A DNA stretch of 64,000 bases, taken from positions 134,416,001 to 134,480,000 of the forward strand of contig NC_042998.1 in assembly GCF_006345805.1 (NCBI RefSeq). The letters are read 5' to 3'. The notes beneath the pieces are model-generated. The model saw only the letters and a list, made by a program, of their open reading frames with translations. It was not told the origin of the DNA and did no database searches. This DNA comes from Octopus sinensis. Lineage: Eukaryota. Shown here piece by piece: positions 29,051-41,962 of this stretch (the first letter of the stretch is position 1; the number at the start of each line of letters is the position of its first letter). A program made the translations under genes and the position numbers.

Positions 29051-29322
29051 CGTACGCATGTATGTATGTATGTATGTATGTATGTATGTATGTATGTATG
29101 TATGTATGTATGTATGTATGTATGTATGTATGTGTGTATCGTCAGTAGCTCATACATCCGAAAGAGAAGCACACTTTAAAACAGTAGAGCAATAATATAT
29201 TTAGAAGTTGTAGAGAGGTTATGTGCTTCCAGCCACTCGAGTCTCACCAGTCGCTTATACAGCCAACGGCCACTCTCTGACCGGCCATACCAAGCAACCT
29301 TCTAAACATATATAAACACGTG

Positions 29323-29353
<31 letters not shown>

Positions 29354-29444
29354 TGTGTGTGTGTGTGTGTGTGTGCCCCAGCGTGGCCGCAGTCTAATGA
29401 CTGAAATAAGTATTAAAAAATGGTAAAAAAAGAAGATATATTAT

Positions 29445-29809
29445 TTCATTTTTTTCAGTCATTTGATTCCAGCCATGCTGGAGCACCGTCTTTTAGTCGA
29501 ACAAATCTACCCCAGGACCTCTTCTTTGTAAGCTTGGTACTTATTCTATCGGAGTCATTTGCCGAACCGCTAAGTTACAGGGGCATAAACGCACCAACAT
29601 CGGTTGTCAAGCGACGGTGGGGGACAAACAGACACAATGACACGCATAAATATATACATATACACATATACGATGGACTTCTTTCAGTCTCTATCTACCA
29701 AATTCACTCATAAGGCTTTGGTTGACCCGAGGCTATAGTAGAAGACACTTGCCCCGAACCCAGAACCATGTGGTTGGGAAGCAAGCGTCTTACCACACAG
29801 CCACGCCTA
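29445..29809 (-). mobile_element. SINE family A, near full-length with a small internal deletion
   Basis: Reverse complement of 21599-22030. Confidence 0.85.
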
Positions 29810-30040
29810 CACGCACCATAATGTTAATAGTTGCTGTATATAAGTGAAGGCGTGCGCACAACACGCACATGCATTATACATACATACATACATGCATACA
29901 TACATACATACATACATACATACATACATACATACATACATACATACATGCATACATACATACATACATACATACATACATACATACATGTAAATGTGTA
30001 TCTATCTATCTATCGATCGATCGATCGATAGATAGATAGA

Positions 30041-30417
30041 TGTGTTTCTTTATTAGCCACACAGGGCTGCACACAGACGGGACAAATTACAAGGTAGAGC
30101 TTTTCTTTTTTGGGGATAAAAAAAGGGGATTTGGTTTTCGATCAAAAGGGATCGTAAAAGGAAAGAAAGAGGAAAGCAAAAATAAGGGGGGGGGGATAAA
30201 AATAAAAGGAAAAAGAAAAAATCGATCAATAGGGATCGTTATCACAGAAATGTCAATATAAAGTGTAAAGGGGAGGACAGGTGAGGTTTACCCGTGGAAA
30301 GAAAAGCCTACGGAAAAGACCACGTTAACCTCGGTCAATGAAGTCACATGTTATATATTTTTTTACAAATAAGCAACTCTCTGTATTAATTTTTACGGTT
30401 CATAGAATCATAGTCAA
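30041..30417 (-). mobile_element. Probable LINE 3'-end fragment (L1/Tx1-like 3' UTR) embedded in (GATA)n
   Basis: The minus strand ends ...GTGGCTAATAAAGAAACACA directly before (TCTA)n, with GATA arrays on both sides. No coding motif was recognised. Confidence 0.45.
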
Positions 30418-30418
30418 G

Positions 30419-30518
<100 letters not shown>

Positions 30519-31403
30519 TTCCCCGAGAGAGATCAGATAATAAAAAACTGCATCTTTCATTTGGGTGAAGCCGTTTAGTGGGAGAAAAGTCTGCAGGAAC
30601 AACGACTGTAAATGCTCGAATTGGATAGATTGAAGATCTGCATCAAATAGACAAGAGCTTGGATCTCTACTACAACAGCATTGATAAATCCCGTCGTGGC
30701 ATCCGCTATAGTTTTTATAACAACAAGGGTTCTCGTAATTGTTTCCTTGGTATTAGTATTGATATAGATGTGGCTAATATCACTTTTAACAGCAACAACA
30801 ACCTCCGTAACAATCACTTGGGAAATATGAACTATTACAATATTTACGGCAATAACCCTAAAAAACCTAAAAAGGGGGAACAGAAATATAACGGAGAACG
30901 TAAAGTATACCACTAATATTAATAATACCATTACTGCAGGTAATACTTCTATTGGTGAAGGTAGCGTGAACATTATTAATAATAGCTATTGTACGCATAG
31001 TGAGAACACAATTAACAACAACAACAATAATACTTGTACCCATATGAATATTAATAATTATATCAAGAATTATCAAACTATGCCTCTATGGCTAGAAAAC
31101 CACAGCTATCACTCGCAAGAGAGTATGACTTGACAGCATAATGATGCTGGCGTTAATTATTTTAAGTATGTCTCAAACAGACATAAGCACCGTCTCGTCC
31201 ATCTCCCAACCCTCTTGACCCTGTGGAACATCCAGCCGGAAAGAAATAAGACTGCGCCAGTACTCGACTGGTATTCATTTTCAGCTGAGCTGACAAAAAA
31301 AAAATGAAATTAAGCGCCTTACTCAGGGGCACATCTCAGCACCCGCTTCAAAAATCGAACCCACGACCTTATGATCGTGACTCCAAGTTCCTAAGCACTA
31401 GGT

Positions 31404-32115
31404 CAGGGCTGGCCAACGTAAGGCCTGCGGGCCGGATGCAGCCCGCAGAATTTTATCTTGCGGCCCGCTTGATACTTTTTTGAAATGGGTTTATTTACTC
31501 TTTTACTTGTTTCAGTCATTTGACTGCGGTCATGCTGGAGCACTGCCTTTAGTCGACAAATCAACCCCAGGACTTATTCTTTGTAAACCTAGTACTTATT
31601 CCATCGGAGTCATTTGCCGAACCACTAAGTTACGTAAACACACCTGCATCGGTTGTCAAGCGATGCTGGGGGGGGGGGACAAACACAGAAACACAGAAAC
31701 ACACACATACATATACAAATATATATACATATATACGATGGGCTTCTTTCAGTTTCCGTCTACCAAATCCACTCACCAGGCTTTGGTCGGCCCGAGGTTA
31801 TAGTAGAACACACTTGCCCAAGGTGCCACGCTGTGCGACTGGACCCAGAACCATGTGGTTGGTAAGCAAGCTACTTACCACACGCCTATAATTTTAAACA
31901 AACATTTTAAAAATTTTATCAAAATTAATGAAAAGTAAAAAAGAAAAATACTACTGTTTTTGTAACGATAAAATTTCATGTTGAATCAACGCTCATTCAT
32001 TCATTATTGTAATAATAGCATGAGAAATGCTTTCAACTCTCAGTATTCAAGCGGCCCTCAAAAGACTTTCTGTGACTAAAGTGTCCCGCAGTGTAATTCG
32101 AGTTGGCTAGGCCAG
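31404..32115. mobile_element. hAT-like MITE with 8-bp TSD CACTAGGT
   Basis: TIRs CAGGGCTGGCCAAC and GTTGGCTAGGCCAG (11/14); TSDs at 31396-31403 and 32116-32123. Confidence 0.8.
31493..31889 (-). mobile_element. SINE family A, full-length, nested in the hAT MITE
   Basis: Reverse complement of 21599-22030. Confidence 0.88.
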
Positions 32116-32502
32116 CACTAGGTCACGCGTCTTTACAGACCTGCTCGAAATAGCATCTAAATCATGTCTTGTAAAAGGCAAAATTACATTGGATCATAGG
32201 TATATCAATATACTTCAGGAATACATTATGCATGTAAAAGAAAAGAGTAGACAGTCACGATTGAAGTAGTTGTCTTTCACCATAGGTCTGTGCAATCAGA
32301 GCTGACCTGAGGATAAAAAACGGCATAATAAAGACATGAGTATACTTGAGAGAAATACAGTTACGAATGTCAATACGGAAATGACTTAGCGCTTTTTTTA
32401 TAGCAAATAAATAAGAGCAAATGGCTCACAGCAACTAATAACTATGAAAATCGAAAACGGAAAAGTCATAGTAGTGACAGGGGAAACCCAAGTATCAATA
32501 AA

Positions 32503-32561
<59 letters not shown>

Positions 32562-32775
32562 AGCACACATACACATATACACAAAGAGGTAGATATACAT
32601 ACACACACACGCACACACAAGCACACATACACATATACACAAAGAGGTAGATATACATATACACACACATACATGTACATATATTCACACATACCCACGC
32701 ACAAGCGCACATACATATACACATGCCTGTACTATATGCTTAGTACAGAATTCGTTATATGTCGTACATAGTATA

Positions 32776-32995
32776 CGGGGGGGAGGGGCTGAAAAGTTCC
32801 TGGTTTTGGGTAAAAGAAAATACAGGGGAGATCAGTTAATTATGATTTTATTCTACATTTTTACCTCTCAGATTCACACACTTATTACAGCTATCCTTCA
32901 GCTTTTCTAAGCCCTGTAAAAGAACTCGGGGGTTGGCCTTCCAGCCAGGCCGTTTGCAACACCCTTAAAACCAGGAACTTTTCAGCGTCCCCTTG
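32776..32995. mobile_element. mariner-derived MITE, about 220 bp
   Basis: TIRs ..GGGGCTGAAAAGTTCCTGG and CCAGGAACTTTTCAGCGTCCCC, with TA on both sides. Confidence 0.8.
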
Positions 32996-34289
32996 TATAT
33001 GTGCGTGCAATAAATTTTTCATATTTTATGAGTTTGACAATCATCATATGCGCATGTTAACTTAAATACCATAAATTTTGAAGTGATCCATTTTTATGAG
33101 TAAAAGTTTAGAAATTTTATAAAGGTACGTCAGTATAGTGTTACGGAGGTAAAATTAACGGGAAAACATTATGCCCTAGTTCCGTTGGTTGGAGTTGAAC
33201 CGGCGCTCCAGTTTTTCAGGACGACGGGGAAAAAAAATAATCATTTGTCCTGTCAACGGCAACGGTAAAAAATAATGAGTTTAGGAAGCGATCTCTGATC
33301 CCTACACGGTCAGGGAAAGTTGAAAAAAAAAATAAAATTCCACCCTTTAAATGCGACGGACTGGTGTTAGTGGGTCAGACAACGAGAGGCCGGAAAAGAG
33401 TTGAGTTGGCAAGAGGCGAGGAAGACAGGCAGCAGCCAAGAGATGAAGACCGCGAGAGACAGATAGAGGTAGTAAAGAAGGTAGATGACAGTGAAGGGAC
33501 AGGTACGAGAGACGGTCAGACAGCGAGATGAAAATTTGTAGTAGGCTCAGAAAGTGTTGCGGATGGAATTTGTGCCGGTATTGTTTCTTTACGTTTCGAT
33601 TTTGTGTTTTGAACTTTGATGTTTTGATTGTAAAAATATGGGGAATCTGTGACATAATCTGCTGAAAAGAAAATTAAGAAATTTTAAAAGAACTGTAACA
33701 GATGTGTTTCTAAAAGAAAAACAACATTGAGTAGGAAGGAGGAGGAAAGGAAAGAGAAAGAGACTGTAAACTGTGAAAAGAACGAGAAAGACTGTTTCGA
33801 TTGTTTTGATTCTGTATTGTGTTGCATGTCAACCAATTGATTTGTTTAGAAAAGTCGGACGTTGTATTTTGCTAAATGCCATTGATTGTTTTTTTACTCT
33901 GTGCACGGTCTGTTAAATGTTTGTTAACCTTGTAGTTAAATGTATTTGAAATGTTTTAATTGATTTTGTGAAGTATATAAATTGTTAAATTGTACGTTGC
34001 CTCCGCTGTCTCTCTCCTTTGTTGTTGTCTTCGGTTTCTGGTTTGCGTTCGCTGTCAACCTCCGCTTTCTGTGATGGACTTCCGTTTGACTGAGCGTAGT
34101 CGTCGTGGCTGACTTAGGGCCCGTTATCGACCCGGAAGGCCTAGGGTCTTTGGGTCCTGAGTTGAGTTGAGTTGAGTTGAGCGACGGCGTAACAATATCA
34201 ATGTATGTGTATGTATTGTTGTTGTTTCTTTTTGTTTTTGAACCATGGTTGAGAATTATTGGCAAAAATCATTCTGTCTGTGACCATCA

Positions 34290-34335
34290 ATGTCATCAGT
34301 TATAATTGATGTCAAACTAAAAGACAATAAGGCAG
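34290..34335 (+). CDS. Probable first coding exon of the SDR gene (MSSVIIDVKLKDNKA-G)
   Basis: ATG at 34290 and donor CAG|GTATAC in phase 1, matching the phase-1 acceptor at 34740; predicted intron of 405 bp. Confidence 0.55.
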
Positions 34336-34394
34336 GTATACGTTGACATACGGGATAAAGACTCTTATTGAGTCGTATACACTTATAGGACCGA

Positions 34395-34530
34395 TTTCCT
34401 TGTTTCCATGCCGTATATATTCCCCACCTGGACGGGACACCGATCCGTCGCAAGATGACTCATTTTTGCCAGCCGAGTGGACTGGAGCAACGTCAAATAA
34501 AGTGTTTTACACAAGAACACAACGCGTCAC
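34395..34530 (+). mobile_element. SINE core-domain fragment in the SDR intron
   Basis: gagtggactggagcaacg..aaataaagtg...cacaag.acacaacgc resembles SINE core sequence. Confidence 0.45.
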
Positions 34531-34740
34531 CCGGTCCAGGAAACGAAACCACATTCTTACGCTCATGAATTCAACGCTCTAACAACAAAGCTCACGTGCC
34601 TCCACATACGTTGATATATTTAGCCATTATCTATATTATGTAGAGTGAGACAACATAGGAAGGTTTTCTCTCTGTGTGTTTGCATTTGTCATTTTGTTCG
34701 TATAAACTTTTAATACTCTCTTTGTATTTGTATATTCTAG

Positions 34741-35531
34741 GTAACCATAATGAAGACCGGCAAAAAATTGCCATAATTACTGGAGGAACAGGTGGCATAG
34801 GTTTTGCAACTTCCAAAGCTCTTGCTTCTCAAGGTTATAATTTAATTCTTGGTTATCTTTCTGACAGTGAAAATGCCAAGAAATGCTTACAGGAATTGGA
34901 GACAGATTTCAACATCGAAGTTCGGACGATTAGCGGAGATGTTTGTGAAGAAGGCACTGTGAATTCGTATTTTAGCTGCTTGAATGAAATGAACGGCAAG
35001 CTCACTGCTATTGTTCACACTGCTGGACTTTTTAAACCAAATTCTTTTTCGAAGGACCCGAATACTTGTTTTAGTACTTTTGAATACTACGACTACTACC
35101 AAGATATCTATCCTAAGTGTTTCATACGTTTAGTAGAAACGGGAATGAAGTTTATGGAAGATGGTCATGGCTATATAGTCTGCTTGTCAAGCCCTGGTTG
35201 TAATATCAATGACCATGTTCGACTAGGTTATATGATGCCAGGTACAGGGAAATGTGTACTTGAGTATCTGTCTCGTCATTATGCTAAAATGTTAGCAAAG
35301 AGGGGAATCTCTTGTAATTGCATTGTTCCTGGATACATACAAACGAAACCTTGGAAACTGAGAGAAAGCATTTTGGGTCCTGATGTTGGTTGCCAGAGAA
35401 CACCGATGGGTCGATGGGGTCAACCTGAAGAAATAGGAGATTTTATTTCATATTTATGTTCTCCTAAAGCAAGTTTTCTCACCGGTGCTACCATTCCTTT
35501 TGATGGAGGTTTGAGTCTTGGGAAGCAGTGA
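34741..35531 (+). CDS. Short-chain dehydrogenase/reductase, FabL-like enoyl reductase type; main exon
   Basis: Acceptor TTGTATATTCTAG| at 34740, then TGGTGGIG, SGDV, HTAG, SSPG, YMMPGTGK, NCIVPGYIQT, RTPMGRWGQPEEI and GATIPFDGG. The frame is intact to the stop at 35529-35531, with AATAAA at 35649 and 35704. Confidence 0.92.
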
Positions 35532-35852
35532 ATTTAAAAAGAGATAATTAAAAGCTATCTCTGAGTTTTTCAGAACTTTATGGAAAAGTTATATTCAAAG
35601 TTAGAATATATTTTAATAATTTTTCATCTTAAATGCATTGATAAAGAGAATAAAGTTTATTCGATGAGCTTTTTTTATATAATCAAAATTCATTTGGTGG
35701 TTTAATAAATCAACTAATATTTTTCTTAACGGTATTCGTCTATTTTCATCGTACTGATTCCAGGAAATATTGATCTGTGATATTTTTTCTTTTTATATAT
35801 TTACCATGCACCGTGGAAACTCTGTTCTGCCTCCCCAAACAATTTGTTGAAA

Positions 35853-36245
35853 TCTTTATATATAAAAGTAAGGTTGTGTGTCTGTCTACTCCGATTTAGA
35901 TTCCTAACTACTCCCACATTTTGCGGTGCAGTTTAACCAAAACCGGGTATATTATAGTCGTGATTCATATCGAGCCCTTCTGGGTATTAGTGCGCGTCTA
36001 CGATGAGTCTACGATTTTAAAAATAATTTACCATAATTTTTTTCCATTTTAATGCATATTTTTTTAAATATAAGTGAAGTAACTCTCTAAAAATGTCTAC
36101 GATGAGTCAACGATTTAAAAAAAATTTACCATCATATTTTTTCCATTTTTAATGCATTTTTTGCTATTTTTTGGCTATAACTCTCTAAAAATGCTTTATA
36201 GTTATTTCCCTTACAAACCCGAGCAACGCCGGGCGATACTGCTAG
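35853..36245 (+). mobile_element. Non-autonomous Helitron, copy 2
   Basis: A|TC start, hairpin CCCGAGCAACGCCGGG and CTAG|T end. Confidence 0.88.
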
Positions 36246-36855
36246 TTGTTTATAAAAGTGCACGAGGTATCTAAATTTTGGTGAAGTACTGGTAAATGGA
36301 ATGGCTAACAGAAGCATCTGCTGATAGTCTTTAATTTACTTGGAATAAGAAATAACAAGTTAAATATTAAGCATTTGTTATTTATTAATTAGTTGATTTA
36401 TTATTTAATCAATAAAACAATAAAAAACCTTGACTATATAATTCAAGCTGTAATTGTTAGAGAATATATAAGAGAAAAATACCTACTATAATTCTTGTCT
36501 TGGCATATTTCCAAAGCTCCAGCATTCGTAAATGAGTAATTAAGAATACATGTAGAAGACTGTAAATGCAGAAGAAATATGTTTCCAAGATAAGAGATTT
36601 ATATGTTTAATCTTATAAACTATCTAATGATCTTGTTTATTATTATAAATAGAGACATTAATTGTTGTGGCTGGCAATGTGTCAGGCTGCCGAACGAAGG
36701 ATTCAAGGGCGTACGCATAATCGTGTGGATAGTCCACTTCGAAACTACATGGTGCCAGAGTTCTATCCCACTGAGCGAGACTTTGGGCAAGTGTCTCAAG
36801 TTAGGTAATACTTCGTGAATACTATTTGGTGGACGAACACTATGTGTGTGTGTGG

Positions 36856-36896
<41 letters not shown>

Positions 36897-36958
36897 GCAT
36901 ACTCACGCATATACATACATACGAACATGCATAGATATATATACATACATACACACAA

Positions 36959-37012
<54 letters not shown>

Positions 37013-37020
37013 CATTTAAC

Positions 37021-37370
37021 TTTTACTTGTTCAGTCATTAGACTTGGGTCATGCTAGGGCACCGCCTTGAAGAATTTTAGTCGAACGAATCGATCCCAGT
37101 ACGTTTCCACCACCCCTTTTTTAAAGTCTGGTACCTTTTCTATCGGTTACTTTTGTCGAACCGCAACATAATGGGGACATAAACACACCAGCACCACTTG
37201 TCAAGCTGTAGTGGAAGACAAACACTGACACAATGACACACACACGACGGGCTTCTTTCAGTTTCCGTCCACGAAATCCATTCACAAGGCCTCTATAGCA
37301 GAAGACACATCTAGTGGGACTGAACCTGGAATCAGGAGGTTAGGAAGCAAACTTCTTGCCACACATTCAT
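37021..37370 (-). mobile_element. SINE family A, diverged
   Basis: Reverse complement of the 21599-22030 tail, middle and head. Confidence 0.8.
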
Positions 37371-37424
37371 GTGTGCGCGCCTATATATATGCATACATAC
37401 ATATGCGTGTGTCTATTAGATAGA

Positions 37425-37456
<32 letters not shown>

Positions 37457-37649
37457 TAGAATATATATAAGAGAAATGAAAACAAACGAACAAGATGATA
37501 TTTAAATCATTTATATCACCGTCATATATGTTTCGATGGATACATTAAATTAATATGGAAGGGAAAAATAAGGTGGAATAGTGTATCAATCTCATCAAGG
37601 TGGATATTATAAATAACAGTGTTCATGATGGTCCTCTGGAGGACACTTG

Positions 37650-38272
37650 TCCTAAGCCACTTTGACTATTGCTCTCAGCTATGGTCACCATCCAGTGTCA
37701 AGTTAATCACAGAACTTGAGGCGATCTAACGAAGCTACACGAAGATAGCCTCTGTGCAGCATATAAGCTATTGGGAAAGACTCAAGAGATTGAGACTCTA
37801 TTCCTTAGAGCGTAGGCGAGAAAGATATACCATAATATACATCTGGAAGATCCTAGAAGGACTTGTCCCAAACTTTGGCATCGAGAGTTACACAAATGCC
37901 AGAACTGGGCGCCACTGCATAGTGCCAAGGACTCCAAATTTGCCATCAAGATGTAGGACAAGATACTGTGATAGCCTGGGCTTCCGAGGCCCACAGCTCT
38001 TCAATATCCTGGCGAAGAACCTAAGAGACTTGCATGGGGTGGATGCAGATGTCTTTAAAATAAAACTGGATCTCTTCCTGTCAGGTGTCCCAGATGAACC
38101 AACTTCACTGCAGGAGGTGCAGATGAGGGCAGCTGCATCGAACTCTCTCATGCACCAAATGGCAATTGCTAAAAAGCATTCGTGAAGTAAAATCATGTAG
38201 CAACACCAAATGGCGGTGCCCCAGCATGGCCACAGCTTGTGAGCTGAAACTAGATAAAGATAAAGATAAAGA
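37650..38272 (+). mobile_element. CR1-like LINE, 5'-truncated 3' end
   Basis: FDYCSQLWSP..., SYWERLKRLRLYSLERRRER, GPQLFNIL and FKIKLDLFL; a short 3' UTR ends in (GATAAA)n. Confidence 0.85.
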
Positions 38273-38629
38273 AAGAATTAATAAACCATGTTTACAAATG
38301 TAAGAAATTATAATATATAAAAAAAGTGGATAGAGAACGCTAGTAGTTTTTAAAATACCGTCAAGAAAATTGACGTCTTAGTCGAGAGAGGAAGAGAAAG
38401 AGGAAAGAAAAAAATTAAAGAAGTAATGGAGGACTAAACAAATAGAAAGGTGAATGACAAATTGATAGAAACGATAAAGGAAAGAATAGGACGTGTGGAT
38501 TGAAGAGAATAAAGTGAAAAATACAGATATAATAAGGCAAAGGGGAGCAGATATTATTTGAAATAGCTGAAAGTGTGTTTTCTCCAACGTAAACGCCTAT
38601 AAACACATTCTTTATAGGTGTTGAGAAGT

Positions 38630-38740
38630 GTGTGTTTGGAAAAAGGATAAACAGTTGTTCATCCGTACAAAGAGGGCAAAAGGATTTGCCCTTATCATAA
38701 GGGGACGATCTTGACAAAATTTTCAAGTCTAAAGTAAATT
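38630..38740 (-). mobile_element. Penelope-like endonuclease C-terminal fragment
   Basis: KILSRSSPYDKGKSFCPLCTDEQLFIL matches the PLE pattern IL....PY..G...C.LC..E.L.IL. Confidence 0.6.
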
Positions 38741-38824
38741 AATTTGCTAAGACCAGTAGTATTACGTTTGTTAATTTATTCAAATGTAGAAAGATGGTTA
38801 GCTATGCGTTTTACTATTATTATT

Positions 38825-39050
38825 ATTATCTTTTTGAGATTAGTGTTGTGGAGGGAGTAAGTGGACGCTGGGTTTTTCCTCCCAAAATGCATGGAGGTAC
38901 ATTTGTCCACAGCCAGTTTAAGTTGCCAGTCCATGATCCATTGCTGCATTGTGTCCAGGTCTGATTGCAATAAAGATCTATAGTGTACTGGATCTGTCCT
39001 CTTTATTTCGAGGTACAGCTTTATGTCATTCAAGTCGCTAAAACTCTTTA
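38825..39050 (-). mobile_element. CR1-like RT fragment
   Basis: DIKLY...LLQSDLDTMQQWIMDWQLKLAVDKCTSMHFGRKN. Confidence 0.75.
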
Positions 39051-39188
39051 AAAAATACATGAAGTAACTATTTCATTCCGTCACTTCCTCTGTAAATCCA
39101 AATCTACATGCATGTGCAAAACATCAGTTATAAGATAATCGTTGACTGTCAAGCAAGTCAAAAGTCTGTCTATTATTTGCACGCATAA

Positions 39189-39380
39189 GGCAGTGAGCTG
39201 GCGGAATTGTTAGCACGAGGGCAAAATACTTAGCGGCATTTCTTCCGACTTTACGTTCTGGATTCAAATTACACCTACCCTACTTTATCTTAAAGTACCA
39301 GTTGAATACAGTGGTTGATGTAATCTACTAGCCTCAACGCCCACCTGTAATTTCAGGCCTTGTGTATAAGGTAGAAAGAA
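39189..39380 (+). mobile_element. SINE family B, diverged
   Basis: ggcagtgagctggcggaattgttagcacg head as in the reverse complement of 57345-57565. Confidence 0.7.
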
Positions 39381-41209
39381 ATATTTGTACGCATCTTACT
39401 CTCATGTGGTCAGTCAGAAATTATTCTTCTAAATAAATTAGAAAATTTAATCTCGGTGATTATGTACGCTTTTGTAAAGGTAAGTGTTATGATCGATTAG
39501 TTTTACCCCATTATAAAATAAGTACTGATTAGTAGAAGAACAATTAAATATCTACTAAACAAAATATTGTCGCTTAGCTTCAGTTAAAAATCTTATATTG
39601 TAAGAGTTATTTCCCATGTAACCAGTTAACCTGATTGAAGATGTTTACCTTTTTTTCTCTTCTCAATCACCAGCATTATCGAAATATGTTATTGTGGAAC
39701 ACATCCCAGTTATCAAGGTATAAAGCTGTTGAGAGAGATATTTTCCTTCGTATAGCTAACATTTCTCTAATAGCTGGAATACCAATACAATGTGGGTAAT
39801 GAAAATACATGTGCACAGTGTCATCTCAAACGTCTCGCTGTGAAACTTAGCTCTGTGCTGTAACCACAGAACATACATCAAGGATTTTCTCTGAAAGCGT
39901 GGTGGACCATGTTGAAAAAAATTAATGTATACTGAAGTCAATTTCCCTCTCTTGATCAAAAGTAACCATCAATTCTGATAACCCTTATTGACTTCAGAGA
40001 ATAGATGACACGTATATTCATTCGTATATTCACTGCGAGAACACAACCTATGCCTAGCTAGCTTCCATACGAAAAGAATAAGAGTATTGTGTAATTTAGG
40101 AGTATCTTAATAGTGAATAGGAGTAAGATGATTATGGCTGAAGCATCAGCACAACGCTCCAATACTGAATTTAAGACCGGAGTCCTAGAGTTATTTCTTT
40201 CAGTTTTTCCATTTGAATTGGGTCTTGCTTTTCTTCATGCGGTTGATTTGTATCCTACATCCAATACTAAAATAACATCGTAGAATCATCAACCTTCAGT
40301 TAGATATATTATTTAACTTCTAGTAGCTTCACGCGCGATGACGAGACGGTGAATGTGAAGCTAGAAAACTTAGAGGATTAAGAAATACGTGTTCCAAATA
40401 CACTGAAAGACCGAATGTAATTTCTTGGGTAATTTCGGTGAAGTAAAAGGCAGAAAAATACTTGAATCGTGTTCAGATGGAAGCAAAGTGAAGCCTACAT
40501 GTTCTGAAAGTAGAGTCCATTTTTGTAACCAGACAGGTAGGAGCAAAATAGCTGAGTGTGAATGACACTGGAAAAACAGTTCCACTTTACCAGAACTCCC
40601 ACCAATATGTAGTGTTAATGTCCAATTTGGCAAACAGTTTTTGAGTTGTTGAAGAATAATTAAATACAATTACGTCTTTTTCGACATAAAGTGATCTTGG
40701 TGGAGTGGGTTTAAGAACATTAATCGATTTATCGGACTTTACGTCGGTTACAGCGAAAATATATAAGATAAAAAATTAAGAAACACCTAAATAAAGTACA
40801 TGTAAAAATATGTACACATCATTTATTAAAACAGATATGAGCAAGTATTTTTTTTTCAAGTTGCCTCATTTTTCGTTATATTGTTGTCTTTGGAGCAATA
40901 ACTGACATAAGTTGAAGTATGCCTGTAATTGCTAAAATAAACATTTGTCTGTTGTGTCTAGGGAGAGTCATTTTCTTTTTGTGCCTTATAATGTAACACT
41001 CTCACCGGTAAAATTTTCACTTATTTCTTATTTTTATTTTCCTAAAATTGTGAGTGTGAATATGTTATATTATAAGGCACAAAAAGAAAATGACTCTCCC
41101 CAGACACAACAGAATATGCTTCAACATACGAACTCATGTAAAGAATCTTGCAAACCAAATCCAAAAACGAAATAAACATTTGTCATTATCTCTTTTTAAA
41201 AATTTCAAA

Positions 41210-41350
41210 TTCCTGCCGAGGTCGACTTTGCCTTTCATTCTCTCGGGGTCGATAAAATAAGTACCTGTTGACCACTGGGATCAATGTAATCGACTTCAAC
41301 ACCTCTCAAAATTGCCGGCCATGTGCCAAAATAAAAAAGGATTGTCTATA
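41210..41350 (+). mobile_element. SINE family B, 3' portion
   Basis: ccgaggtcgactttgcctttcat..ggggtcgataaaataagtac..atgtaatcgact. Confidence 0.75.
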
Positions 41351-41911
41351 TTTAAAAATTAATGTAGAAGTTATCTCCCTGCTTTTTAATCTTAACTTTC
41401 TGTCATTTTTTTTTTCTTTGCTTGTAAACATCTGCTTTTAATTATTGCCCTTGCATGCACGAAGTTTATAAACAGAATTATTAAAGCTTGTAAACGTAGC
41501 GGTTAAATAATTGCAGATAATCTTTTTTAAATTTATGTTTTTAAGAAGGGGTGGGGGAGGATAACTATGTCTGTTGGGTAGAAAGTTCGTATCTATTTAC
41601 TGATACAGTATTTAATCCTCCCGGAGAAAAATTTAATGAACCAACTTCAGATAATACAGATATTCATTGTACAAAAAGTTAATATCTGAAACCGAAATAT
41701 AGCAACAGAGTAGCAAAGGCATCTCGATAGATTAATCCATTTATAAAGTTTCCAGATTAAATCCAAATTATTTGTAGTCGATTAGTCCAACAGAACTACA
41801 CAAATTGATGAAATTCAATAACATCTACTAATGGGACATCTCCATCTCTCTCTCTTTCTCTTTCATACATTTATGTATCTGTGTGTGTGTGTGTGTGTGT
41901 GTATGTGTGTG

Positions 41912-41962
<51 letters not shown>

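Larger units (their letters stand above)
31190..32135 (-). mobile_element. Old tRNA-derived SINE interrupted by a hAT MITE
   Basis: After removing the insertion, the minus head reads gacgcgtgacctagtgcttagg..ggagtcacgatc..ggtcgtgggttcgat (A and B boxes). Confidence 0.6.

Noticed and set aside
33175-33230. Minus-strand GGTTCAACTCC B-box with a tRNA-like neighbourhood
   Set aside because: No consistent cloverleaf: the T-stem and acceptor stem do not pair.
40370-40669. 99-aa minus ORF with a faint FAPTCLVTKMDSTFRTC similarity to gypsy RT in another frame
   Set aside because: Too weak to assign by eye.
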